Origin: Heterodontus francisci
Taxonomy: Eukaryota
Length of the DNA stretch: 64,000 nucleotides
NCBI RefSeq assembly: GCF_036365525.1
Contig: NC_090371.1
Coordinates: forward strand, 135,962,737-136,026,736
Reading direction: 5' to 3'
In this document: positions 25,240 through 35,829 of the stretch, one piece after another
Position numbering within the stretch: position 1 is the first letter of the stretch
How the letters are laid out: each line of letters starts with the position of its first letter
Translations under genes and position numbers: made by a program
The notes under the pieces: model-generated
Databases searched by the model: none
What the model was told of the DNA's origin: nothing
Seen by the model: the letters and a program-made list of their open reading frames with translations, nothing else

Positions 25240-26030
25240 GGAAGAAGGCGCTACCTAAGAAATCAGGCCTACCCCGCAAGCGTCAGCTACCTGGAAATGA
25301 GAGAGTGCCAGTGCCAGAGGAGGCTATGTTAATCCAGGTAGATGGTCTCGGCCCTGCATTTAAATGCAACCGAGTTGTTCCAGGGATCAGCTGTGGACCT
25401 AGGTGGCATCTCACAGTTGGCAGCTCATAACAATATCTGGCAGGTCACAGATGCCATATTCTGGAGGGCAGGGGAATATATCCACTTTGACACAGGGGGG
25501 CCAGCGCAGGCACGCAGGGCATTGGGCTTCACCTCCATCGCTGGATTCCCCCAGGGCATCATCGATTGTGGCCACATGGCCATCAAGGCACCCAGCGACC
25601 AGCCAGTAAGATCCATCAACAGGAAGAGTTTTCACTCCCTCAACGCCAACTGGTCTGCGACCACAACAAGAGCTTCCTCCATGTGTGCGCTCCTTTCTTG
25701 GCAGCTGCCATGACCTTCTCATCCTCCACCAGTCTAGGCTGCCTTGGATTTTCACTCCATCCCTTAAAGTGTGTGAATGGATCATAGGGCACAAGGGAAA
25801 TCCCTTGAAGAGATGGCTACTGACCTCTCCACGTGAGCCCAAGACAGAGGCACAGAGGTAATGCCACCTACTAACTATTGAGCAGGCCATTGGTCTTCTG
25901 AAGAAGTGATTCTGGTGCCTGGATCGGTCGGGTGGCACCTTCCAGTACCCTCCTGCAAGGGTCTCAGTCAACGTGGTGACCTGCTGTGCTCTCCATAACA
26001 TGGCCTTCCAGAGAGCTGTGGACCTTGAGG
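25240..26030 (+). pseudogene. HARBI1-like DDE transposase pseudogene
   Basis: IAGFPQGIIDCGHMAIKAP..INRKSFHSLN, GSCHD, IEQAIGLLKK*FWCLDRSGG and VVTCCALHNMA. Confidence 0.88.
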
Positions 26031-26109
26031 ATAGCGAGGCCCTGGAAGGAGACAGCTCTTTGAGGGAGGAAGAGGAGTGGAAGAGGATGCCACTGAACAG
26101 AGAGGTGTC

Positions 26110-26240
26110 CCTGCTGCAGAACAAGGTGGCGTCCTCCTGCCAACCTCCGGAAAGAGGACCTCCCTCCTCTCCCTAATGACCTCCAACATTAGAGCCAGGT
26201 CGGCATCAATGAAGCAATGATCTTCCCTGTCCCTAGTGCC
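26110..26240 (-). pseudogene. Harbinger Myb/SANT gene N-terminal remnant
   Basis: CFIDADLALMLEVIRERREVLFPEVGRRTPP in ORF 25968..26297, homologous to the other two Myb remnants. Confidence 0.72.
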
Positions 26241-26751
26241 AGCTGCAGCTGCCAATGACATCCAACTTCCCTCTGGTGAAGTGCAAGATTTTGGCACAAT
26301 CAGCAGCTTTCTCCCTCAGGACAACCAGCACCTCAGTGAAGGCTGCAGTGGGGTGTCTGCATGAGCCCCACACTTGATCCGGCCCACCTCCATTCCCAGC
26401 TCCACTGGTTCTAAGTGGACAGACAACCCGTCTCCATACCAATTAAGAGCTCACCCATTTGAAAATCTGCATCAGTTTCCCACCGGAGGCAGGTTTCTGA
26501 CCTCAAACCAGACCCGGCTCCTGTTTCCCATCTCAAGTGGAAATCGAGCCCCCCATGTCGGTGAATAATTTCAGCCATTAGAAAATGGTATCACACCATG
26601 GAGAGTGAGGTTACAGACATATATATTGAGCTTCTATTGTTTTATTGCTGCATGTTCTTACAAACTTGAGTAGCTACATTTGGGCCTGTGGCTAGATGCA
26701 GTTCCTGAGATATTCCCAATCAGCTGTATCCATACCTTTAAACGGTAGTAC

Positions 26752-26810
26752 AAACAGTAAATGCTAGAAATACTCAGCAAATGAGGCAGCATTTGTGGAA
26801 AGAGAAATGG
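26752..26810 (-). mobile_element. Short Penelope-like pLTR fragment
   Basis: aaatgctagaaatactcagc..ggcagcatttgtggaaagagaaa. Confidence 0.65.
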
Positions 26811-27790
26811 CGATAATGGCCTGGAGTTTGCTGGGTTTTGGACAGAAAACTGTCATTATTCCTTTGAATCTGACCACAACTTCAGGAATTAGCACAACCA
26901 CAGTTTAACACGTAAGTCCTGAAGTTGTGGTCAGTCATTCACTGCTCTGCTCCAGCTTGCAGTATGGACTCACCCCCCCTCCCCCCCCCCCCCCCCGGCC
27001 CTAACCCCATCCCAACCGAGCTGATAATCAATGAAATCAATTGATGTGGCTCTGATATCACTGTTAGAAACCCCATAAAAATTTGAGCCTTGCTCAATTA
27101 AGTGTAATTGGGTTTTTAACAGCAATCTGAGTAATTACTATTGCTGAATAACTGATCTGTCCCTGAAAAAATAGTGGAATGTTGTTAAATTTCTCTGTAA
27201 TGATTAAATACTAGATGCTTTAGACCAGATTTTTAAAATAATTTTAAAAAAATTAAAGTTTGGTTGATATTTCAGTCTCTACCTTCAGCCGATATGTATG
27301 TCCCAGTCTTGAGATGTCTATACATTTTTTAAAAAGTGGATTGATTATTAGTGCTTTTCAACTCCTGGTTTGCAGTCTGTGAAAATTCTTTAATATGTTT
27401 GGCTGCTTAGACAGCTTGATGCCATCACTGCAGCTTGACACTGGGAATTCTCATTAAAACAACTACGATAAAATGCACGTTGAGAGAATAAGGTTTTTGC
27501 CACACATCGCTAGATCTCTCCTCAGCTTTCTTCCAGGTCAGCGGTAATCGCCATTGTTTCAGGTTTCTTCGCTTTTGTCAGAACCCCTTAGAAAGGTGTG
27601 TTTCATTTTATTGAACAAATAATGTGCTGATTCTGCAAACTCTCTGTCTCACTTGGAAAGTAGCAGTCTGATTCCAAATGCGAAATACAGGCGAAATAAA
27701 TATTAACTGATTAAAGTAACAGTGAAGAATGTTTTGGTATACTAGGGAATTGAGAACATGACCTTTGTTGCATGCAAACACAAATATATT

Positions 27791-28379
27791 GGGCTGGACT
27801 TCTGTTTAGAAGTCGGATGGACTTCCAGGTCCTGACTCTGTGGCACTGGATGCCCGATGCAATTTCTTTAGGGATGGCCAATTAGTGGCCATGGAGTGCG
27901 TTCGCTGTCCAATTAAGGAAGGAGGGCAGATTCCTGAGGTTGGAGAGCCAATGGGCGACCCTCCAGCAGTGACACAATGGCAGGTCCACTGACTGAGCTG
28001 GGAACTACTGATGCGTGTAAGAGAGAGAGAGGGCACCTTACAATGAAGGTGCTCTCTGGAGACGAGGTAAAAAGCTTTCAACTTATAAAGACCGTAGCTG
28101 CCAGGCTGTCATCATGAAAGGGCACACTCTCCACTGGGCAGCCAGCGGCCTCATCGATGGCCCAATGGCCATGGTTGGTGGGGTTCCCTAGTGGGATGGA
28201 GTGCTGCTGCACCCTGGTCTGCCACCAGGAGGCCTCCTCCATTCCCTGGCCATTGCAATCAGCATCTCCCCAGTGCCTTTAATAATCCTTTTAAGAGCCT
28301 TAATTGCAAACCAGCACACTGCTCTTCGAGGCCAATTTTCTGGCCCTCCCGTCTCCCCCAGGGAGCAAATATTCTGCCC
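27791..28379. mobile_element. Harbinger-type MITE, 589 bp
   Basis: Termini gggctggac.. and ..ttctgccc with a 3-bp TSD ATT (27788-27790, 28380-28382). The left part is homologous to 39972-40380. Confidence 0.75.
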
Positions 28380-28895
28380 ATTATTCTGCAGCAAGTAAGA
28401 TGAAACACATGAGAATGTGAAGGATAGAATAAAAAAGGTTATTTAGCTGAATGGACCCTAATGCCAGTGTAGGGTTTGAGAAATTAACACCTATTACTCT
28501 TGCATGTCTAGATTTTTCCCTTTAAAATGTCTCCACTTTTTCCCCATTTCCCTGAAGGGGCCAGATCCTGCTCGCTTAAATCTCCTCAGGTGTCCTTTGT
28601 CTTTCAGAAGTGGGCAAGTTGATAATGGAGGGCAGCACAGTCTCGCCTGACTACAAAATAGCAAGGCGCAGTAACAAAGTTCCAAATGTTTTCTGCAGTT
28701 TATACATCCTGAATTGGAAATTACTTAATTTTGTGGGATGAAGATTTATTTTTCAAATGTTCAGTCTCTTGTGAGTTATTGTGCTCTTTGTATACTCTTG
28801 AAATCTAATTGGACCCTCCCAGATTCATAGGAAACTTAACATCCATCTGAAAAGCTGTGGCTTTTATTCTGTCTAAGAACCTAGGAAAGGACCCA

Positions 28896-31860
28896 AAAAA
28901 AGAACAAAGAACAAAGATAATTACAGCACAGGAACAGGCCCTTCGGCCCTCCAAGCCTGCGCCGATCCAGATCCTCTCTCTAAACATGTCGCCTATTTTC
29001 TAAGGTTCTGTATCTCTTTTCTTCCTGCCCATTCATGTATCTGTCTAGATACATCTTAAAAGACTCCATCGTGCCCGCATCTACCACCTCCGCTGGCAAT
29101 GCGTTCCAGGTGCCCACCACCCTCTGCGTAAAGAACTTTCCACGCATAATCCCCCTAAACTTTTCCCCTTTCACTTTGAACTCGTGTCCTCTAGTAATTG
29201 AAACCCCCACTCTGGGAAAAAGCCTCTTGCTATCCACCCTGTCTATACCTCTCATGATTTTGTACACCTCAATCAGGTCCCCCCTCAACCTCCGTCTTTC
29301 TAATGAAAATAATCCTAATCTGCTCAACCTCTCTTCATAGCTAGCGCCCTCCATACCAGGCAACATCCTGGTGAACCTCCTCTGCACCCTCTCCAAAGCA
29401 TCCACATCCTTTTGATAATGTGGCGACCAGAACTGTACGCAGTATTCCAAATGTGGCCGAACCAAAGTCCTATACAACTGTAACATGACCTGCCAACTCT
29501 TGTACTCAATGCCCCGTCCGATGAAGGAAAGCATGCCGTATGCCTTCTTGACCACTCTATTTACCTGCGTTGCCACCTTCAGGGAACAGTGGACATGAAC
29601 ACCCAAATCTCTCTGGACATCAATTTTCCCCAGGACTTTTCCATTTACTGTATAGTTCACTCTTGAATTGGATCTTCCAAAATGCATCACCTCGCATTTG
29701 CCCTGATTGAACTCCATCTGCCATTTCTCTGCCCAACTCTCCAATCTATCTATATTCTGCTGTATTCTCTGACAGTCCCCTTCACTATCTGCTACTCCAC
29801 CAATCTTAGTGTCGTCTGCAAATTTGCTAATCAGTCCACCTATACTTTCCTCCAAATCATTAATGTATATCACAAACAACAGTGGTCCCAGCACGGATCC
29901 CTGTGGAACACCACTGGTCACACGTCTCCATTTTGAGAAACTCCCTTCTACTGCTACTCTCTGTCTCCTGTTGCCCAGCCAGTTCTTTATCCATCTAGCT
30001 AGTACACCTTGGACCCCAAGCGCCTTCACTTTCTCCATCAGCCTGCCATGGGGAACCTTATCAAACGCCTTACTGAAGTCCATGTATATGACATCGACAG
30101 CCCTTCCCTCATCAATCAACTTTGTCACTTCCTCAAAGAATTCTATTAAGTTGGTAAGACATGACCTTCCCTGCACAAAACCATGTTGCCTATCACTGAT
30201 GAGCCCATTTTCTTCCAAATGGGAATAGATCCTATCCCTCAGTATCTTCTCCAGCAGCTTCCCTACCACTGACGTCAGGCTCACCGGTCTATAATTACCT
30301 GGATTATCCCTGCTACCCTTCTTAAACAAGGGGACAACATTAGCAATTCTCCAGTCCTCCGGGACCTCTCCCGTGTTTAAGGATGCTGCAAAGATATCTG
30401 TTAAGGCCCCAGCTATTTCCTCTCTCGCTTCCCTCAGTAACCTGGGATAGATCCCATCCGGACCTGGGGACTTGTCCACCTTAATGCCCTTTAGAATACC
30501 CAACACTTCCTCCCTCCTTATGCCGACTTGACCTAGAGTAATCAAACATCTGTTCCTAACCTCAACATCCGTCATGTCCCTCTCCTCGGTGAATACCGAT
30601 GCAAAGTACTCGTTTAGAATCTCACCCATTTTCTCTGAGTCCAAGCATAACATTCCTCCTTTGTCCTTGAGTGGGCCAATCCTTTCTCTAGTTACCCTCT
30701 TTCTCCTTATATATGAATAAAAGGCTTTGGGATTTTCCTTAACCCTGTTTGCTAACGATATTTCATGACCCCTTTTAGCCCTCTTAATTCCTCGTTTCAG
30801 ATTGGTCCTACATTCCCGATATTCTTTCAAAGCTTCGTCTTTCATCAGCCGCCTAGACCTTATGTATGCTTCCTTTTTCCTCTTAGCTAGTCTCACAATT
30901 TCACCTGTCATCCATGGTTCCCTAATCTTGCCATTTCTATCCCTCATTTTCACAGGAACATGTCTCTCCTGCACGCTAATCAACCTCTCTTTAAAAGCCT
31001 CCCACATATCACATGTGGATTTACCTTCAAACAGCTGCTCCCAATCTACATTTCCCAGCTCCTGCCGAATTTTGGTGTAGTTGGCCTTCCCCCAATTTAG
31101 CACTCTCCCTTTTGGACCACTCTCGTCTTTGTCCATGAGTATTTTAAAGCTTACGGAATTGTGATCACTATTCCCAAAGTAGTCCCCTACTGAAACTTCA
31201 ACAACCTGGCCGGGCTCATTCCCCAACACCAGGTCCAGTATGGCCCCTTCCCGAGTTGGACTATTTACATACTGCTCTAGAAAACCCTCCTGGATGCTCC
31301 TTACAAATTCTGCTCCATCTGGACCTCTAACACTAAGCGAATCCCAGTCAATGTTGGGAAAATTAAAATCTCCTATCACCACCACCCTGTTGCTCCTACA
31401 TCTTTCCATAATCTGTTTACATATTTGTACCTCTATCTCACGCTCGCTGTTGGGAGGCCTGTAGTACAGCCCCAACATTGTTACCGCACCCTTCCTATTT
31501 CTGAGTTCTGTCCATATTGCCTCACTGCTCGAGTCCTCCATAGTGCCCTCCTTCAGCACAGCTGTGATATCCTCTTTGACCAGTAATGCAACTCCTCCAC
31601 CCCTTTTACCTCCCTCTCTATCCCGCCTGAAGCATCGATATCCTGGGATATTTAGTTGCCAATCATGCCCTTCCCTCAACCAAGTCTCAGTAATAGCAAT
31701 AACATCATACTCCCAGGTACTAATCCAAGCCCTAAGTTCATCTGCCTTACCTACTACACTTCTTGCATTAAAACAAATGCACCTCAGACCACCAGTCCCT
31801 TTATATTCATCATCTGCTCCTTGCCTGCTCTTCCCCTTAGTCACACTGACTTCATTATCT
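28896..31860 (-). mobile_element. Young CR1 LINE insertion, 5'-truncated just upstream of the endonuclease
   Basis: (tctttgt)n tail at 28896-28915 and 3' stem-loop gggccgaagggcc. Candidate 6-bp TSD gaccca at 28890-28895 and 31861-31866. Confidence 0.95.
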
Positions 31861-31871
31861 GACCCACTCAC
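28980..31871 (-). CDS. CR1 ORF2: APE endonuclease + reverse transcriptase, uninterrupted reading frame
   Basis: 963 codons with no stop. EN motifs NARS, ITETW, GDFN and SDH. RT motifs QHGF, DFSKAFD, GVPQGSVLGP and FADD. The GTG start listed in the track falls in flanking DNA beyond the TSD. Confidence 0.92.
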   Translation of the reverse strand: MSGSDNEVSVTKGKSRQGADDEYKGTGGLRCICFNARSVVGKADELRAWISTWEYDVIAITETWLREGHDWQLNIPGYRCFRRDREGGKRGGGVALLVKEDITAVLKEGTMEDSSSEAIWTELRNRKGAVTMLGLYYRPPNSEREIEVQICKQIMERCRSNRVVVIGDFNFPNIDWDSLSVRGPDGAEFVRSIQEGFLEQYVNSPTREGAILDLVLGNEPGQVVEVSVGDYFGNSDHNSVSFKILMDKDESGPKGRVLNWGKANYTKIRQELGNVDWEQLFEGKSTCDMWEAFKERLISVQERHVPVKMRDRNGKIREPWMTGEIVRLAKRKKEAYIRSRRLMKDEALKEYRECRTNLKRGIKRAKRGHEISLANRVKENPKAFYSYIRRKRVTRERIGPLKDKGGMLCLDSEKMGEILNEYFASVFTEERDMTDVEVRNRCLITLGQVGIRREEVLGILKGIKVDKSPGPDGIYPRLLREAREEIAGALTDIFAASLNTGEVPEDWRIANVVPLFKKGSRDNPGNYRPVSLTSVVGKLLEKILRDRIYSHLEENGLISDRQHGFVQGRSCLTNLIEFFEEVTKLIDEGRAVDVIYMDFSKAFDKVPHGRLMEKVKALGVQGVLARWIKNWLGNRRQRVAVEGSFSKWRRVTSGVPQGSVLGPLLFVIYINDLEESIGGLISKFADDTKIGGVADSEGDCQRIQQNIDRLESWAEKWQMEFNQGKCEVMHFGRSNSRVNYTVNGKVLGKIDVQRDLGVHVHCSLKVATQVNRVVKKAYGMLSFIGRGIEYKSWQVMLQLYRTLVRPHLEYCVQFWSPHYQKDVDALERVQRRFTRMLPGMEGASYEERLSRLGLFSLERRRLRGDLIEVYKIMRGIDRVDSKRLFPRVGVSITRGHEFKVKGEKFRGIMRGKFFTQRVVGTWNALPAEVVDAGTMESFKMYLDRYMNGQEEKRYRTLENRRHV

Positions 31872-31988
31872 TACTAACTGGTCTCTAAACTTTGACTTAT
31901 TTTAATAATCAGAAATGCTGCTGTGACCCTCAAAGGGTTAAATCAGTGTTTTAATTTGGTTAATGTTTTTTTCAACTCCCCTTCCCAG

Positions 31989-32197
31989 CAGATATATGGA
32001 GTGATCAATCATTTCAGACTGACCCTGATCTCCCGCCAGGATGGAAGAAGATCAATGATGTCGCTGGCATCTATTATTGGCACATACCAACGGGCACTAC
32101 CCAATGGGAGCGGCCAGTACCTACATCAACAGAGTTCTCAGACATACAAAGAGAATCATTGAGCTCCATTACTCCTTCTCCCACTGCAGAAAATGAG
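31989..32197 (+). CDS. APBB2: APBB2 (Fe65-like 1) internal exon encoding the WW domain
   Basis: Acceptor ttcccag|cag|, donor GAG|gtaaca. 209 bp, phase 1 to 0. Translates (A)DIWSDQSFQTDPDLPPGWKKINDVAGIYYWHIPTGTTQWERPVPTSTEFSDIQRESLSSITPSPTAENE, with the WW signature LPPGW..YYW..TTQWERP. Matches vertebrate APBB2 as recalled (DIWSDHSFQTDPDLPPGW...TPSPTPENE). Confidence 0.96.
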
Positions 32198-33094
32198 GTA
32201 ACATTTTTTAGATGTTTAAACTTTCTTGGAACGTTTTGCATTTAAGTTATCATATTTATACCTGTACATTATTGATTTGGAAGTCCTTCTGAAACCAACT
32301 GAGAGTGCAATTGAAGGATAAGGCATTTGTATTTCATTCTCACTGTCTTTCTTTTCCTCCACCACCATTCCTGCATATCACGTGCTGCATCTGACTGAAA
32401 AGATGATTGGTTGACTCCTTCTCCAAACTCTGCCATTGCAATTTTTGAAATGGTCAATGGGTGCATGTGGGATTACTGGTGCCTGACTGCTCCCTCCCTT
32501 CCAAAAATCTCCTCACTGCTTTGCCTGCAACTGTGGCAATTTATCTTATTTTCATGTTTTAATTTTAATTGTTGCTTTTTAAAAAAAATCTTTATGTTGG
32601 TATCAGTGTATCTTTTCCCTTTTTGGTTTAGTATTTTTCATGGAATCATAGAACAATAGTGTGCAGAAGGAGGCCATTCGGCCCATCATGACTGCTTTTT
32701 GCGCCTTTTTCTTTATCCACATAGCTTGATACCTTTAATCAAGATGTTTGGTTCATGACCTGCTCCCGGGTTGCCACTAGTGCCCGCATTGGTGGCTGCT
32801 AAAGACCAACATGAGACTCCCTCCGATTTTCTTTCACTCAGTTTCTGCATGATACAGCTCAAATTGGGATATGATTGGAGAGAAATTCAAATCCGTGCCT
32901 TCCCCTAATCTGTGGCACGGAGAGGTGGCACTTTAATATACAGTGTCAACAAAATGGAAATTTTTATTTGACCAATAAATAAAGGTCAGGTCTGTTCCAA
33001 AAAATGCCCTGAAATTAACAATTTAAATAAGATTAGATTTTATGAAGGATTCACTTTTGAGTGAATTTGTTTTATTCTGCTGTTTAAATTTTAA

Positions 33095-33425
33095 ATTTTA
33101 TTTGGAGATACAGCACTGAAACAGGCCCTTTGGCCGACCGAGTCTGTGCTGACCAACAACCACCCATTTATACTAATCCTACATTAATCCCATATTCCCT
33201 CCCACATCCCCACCATTCTCCTACCATCTACCTACACTAGGGGCAATTTACAATGGCCAATTTACCTATCAATCTGCAAGTCTTTGGCTGTGAGAGGAAA
33301 CCAGAGCACCTGGAGGAAACCCACGCGGTCACAGGGAGAACTTGCAAACTCCGCACAGGCAGTACCCAGAACTGAATCCGGGTCGCTGGAGGTGTGAGGC
33401 TGCGGTGCTAACCACTGCGCCACTG
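33095..33425 (-). mobile_element. HE1-type V-SINE
   Basis: Reverse complement of 49228-49590: tRNA head gtggcgcagtggttagcacc, V-domain and CR1-type tail. Confidence 0.9.
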
Positions 33426-34455
33426 TTCCACATATAGGTAGTAACATTCTAATATGCAGGGTCCTGACATAAAACTGTCTCTGCCACTGGGCTGGGTTTT
33501 GTACAGGCTTAATATCAAGAAGATGTTGTTCAAAAGAGTGTTGGTACTTTATACAGCTGTTACATGTTGGTGCAGCTTCTGTCCATGTTTTCATTAACCC
33601 TCAACATGAGCAAATAGATATAACGATACTTACCCTATCCTGTTTCCAAATCCTTAGAACCCCTTTTCATCATACACCTATCCCATATAACCTTGAATGT
33701 TCACATAGTTTCTGCCTCAACTCCTAATACTGGAAATGAATTCCACAGCCTTCTGTGTGGAGAAGTTTCTCTCTGTTCCAGATCACTGACATTTAATCTT
33801 GTGTTTATGCTCTCTTGTTATTAACCTTTGATACTTACAGTATGAGCTACTGCCTTCTGGACAGGAGAGAAAATTTGAGGAAACAAAAAGTTGTGTGTAA
33901 CATGATTTCAGCTTAATAGGTTGACTGAGACAATCTGTGCAAATTAATTCACTTTTCAAAACAGAGTGAAAGGAACCAATATAAGGACTATATTGTCTTT
34001 GGACCTCTAGCTCATTTCCAGTTTATTTTTGTTGCAAATATTTAGCTCTTTAAAATAATATTTACAATAGCATATCCATTCAATAATTTCAGAAGTATGA
34101 ATGATATGATGGAGTGTGAGTTCTTGCAGATCGTACTGATAAAATGGAGATGTAACCAGTTAAAGGTTGATCAGCTGTTTACCCATGCTCCCTCCCAAAA
34201 CCATTTTTTTACATGTCCCAAATGTTTAATATATGGGAGGGAGACAAGAAGGCATCAGTAATCAATCTTTAAATGAACAGTATTATTGCAATTATAGGTA
34301 TTTCTGTTGTTTTCTGCCCCAAAGACAAGTAACATAACGCACCTTGGCTGTCAAAGAGTAATGTAGTGCGTATGTTACTGGACTAGTAATCCAAAGGCCT
34401 GGACTAAAACTATAGATCAGCATCTGTAATATAAACAGAAAGGAAGTCTGGTTCA

Positions 34456-35270
34456 GCAACAACAAACTGCATTTATATAGCACCTTTAACAGATTCAAAG
34501 GTCATAAAGGAGGACACATTATCAAACAAAATTTGACACCGAACCACATGAGATTTTAGGGCAGATGACCGAAAGTTTGATTAAAAGGCAGGTTTTAAAG
34601 AGTGGCTTGAAGGAGGAGAGAGAGGTAGAGAGATGCAGGTGTTTTCGGAGAGAATTTTGCAACTTAGGACCTTTGCAGCTAACAACATGGCCACCAATGG
34701 TGGAGTAATTAAAATCAGAGATGGCCAACAGGCCAGATTGGAGCACAGAGGTCTCCGAGGGTAGTAGGGCAGGAGGAGATTACAGAGATAGAGAAGGACA
34801 ATGCCATGGAGGGATTTAAAAAAAACAATTTTAAAATTGAGGCATTGGTGGACTGGGAACCAGTTTAGGGCAGAGAGCACAGGATGAGTTAGGGTACAGG
34901 CAGCACAACTCTGGATGAGCTCAAATTTATGTAGGGTGGAAGTTGAAGACCAGTCAGGAAAACATTGGAATAATCAAGTCTAGAGGTAACAAAGGGATGA
35001 AGATGGGTTTTAAGAACAGCGGAGCCGAGAGGGGAAGGAGCTGGATGTTGTAGAGGTGGAAGTAGGCGGTTTTGGTAATGACGAGTCTGTGGAGTCAGAA
35101 GTTCAGCTCAGGCTCACAGAGAATGCCAAGGTTGTGAACAATCTGGGTTTGTCTCAGACAGTGGCCTGGGAGAGGAATGGAGTCAGTGGTTAGAAAGCTG
35201 ATGGAGTGTGAGAGGAACCAAAGACAATGGCTTTTGCCTTTCCACAATTTAATTGGAGGAAATTGAGACC
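34456..35270 (-). mobile_element. L2 LINE 3' part
   Basis: LSALNWFPVHQCLNFKIV and HNLGILCEPELNF. Tail aaaggtgctatataaatgcagtttgttgttg. Confidence 0.8.
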
Positions 35271-35646
35271 TCACAGTGATCAAGAGAACTGAAGAACAAA
35301 GAGAAAACAGCCAGATATATTTCTCTGCCTGGACAAGGAGCTGTCAATTCAACCCCTATCTTCAGAGATGCCCTTTTAAGCTTCTCCACTGGCAGGAGTG
35401 GGTACATTTACATTCAATGTAGCCTTTTGGAAATGGCAGTCAAAAGTTACAATGGTACTTAGCTGCCTCTAGTACAACACAAAGCTGACTCATTAGGAAC
35501 TGTACCAGATATTCAGAACTATGAGATTTTTCCCTAGACCTGAAGAGTTGGAATTATCAGTCAGAACAATTGAGGTTATTGTTTACAATCACCCAAGCTA
35601 AAATAAATCAGACCATCATTTCCATCCAAACATAAGGAATCATAGA

Positions 35647-35825
35647 TAAAAACAGAAAATGCTGGAAATACTCAGCAGGCCAGGCAGCATCAGAATGGTT
35701 CTGTTGAAAGGTTACAGACCTGAAACGTTAACTCCTTTTCTTTCTCCACAGATGCTAAATGACCTGCTGAGTATTTCCAGCGTTTTCTGTTTTTATTTCA
35801 GATTTCCAGCATTATTCTGTTTTTG
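35647..35825 (+). mobile_element. Penelope-like pLTR with short inverted 5' arm and mutated hammerhead
   Basis: Inverted arm 35647-35691, then ggtt-ctgttga-a-aggtt-aca-gacct-gaaa-cg-tt-aact and the pLTR body. Confidence 0.8.
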
Positions 35826-35829
35826 TATG

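Larger units (their letters stand above)
24700..26551. mobile_element. Decayed PIF/Harbinger transposon with convergent transposase (+) and Myb (-) remnants
   Basis: Right terminus gaaatcgagccc. Subterminal region resembles 10385-10486. Left end uncertain. Confidence 0.7.

Noticed and set aside
25411-26124. 237-aa minus-strand ORF
   Set aside because: Antisense to the decayed Harbinger transposase, with no recognisable domain.
31861-31871. GTG start of the 963-aa ORF as a true initiation codon
   Set aside because: It lies in flanking DNA outside the candidate TSD and is probably a chance in-frame extension.
31923-32162. 79-aa ORF overlapping the WW exon
   Set aside because: Wrong frame. 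The real product is the spliced APBB2 exon.
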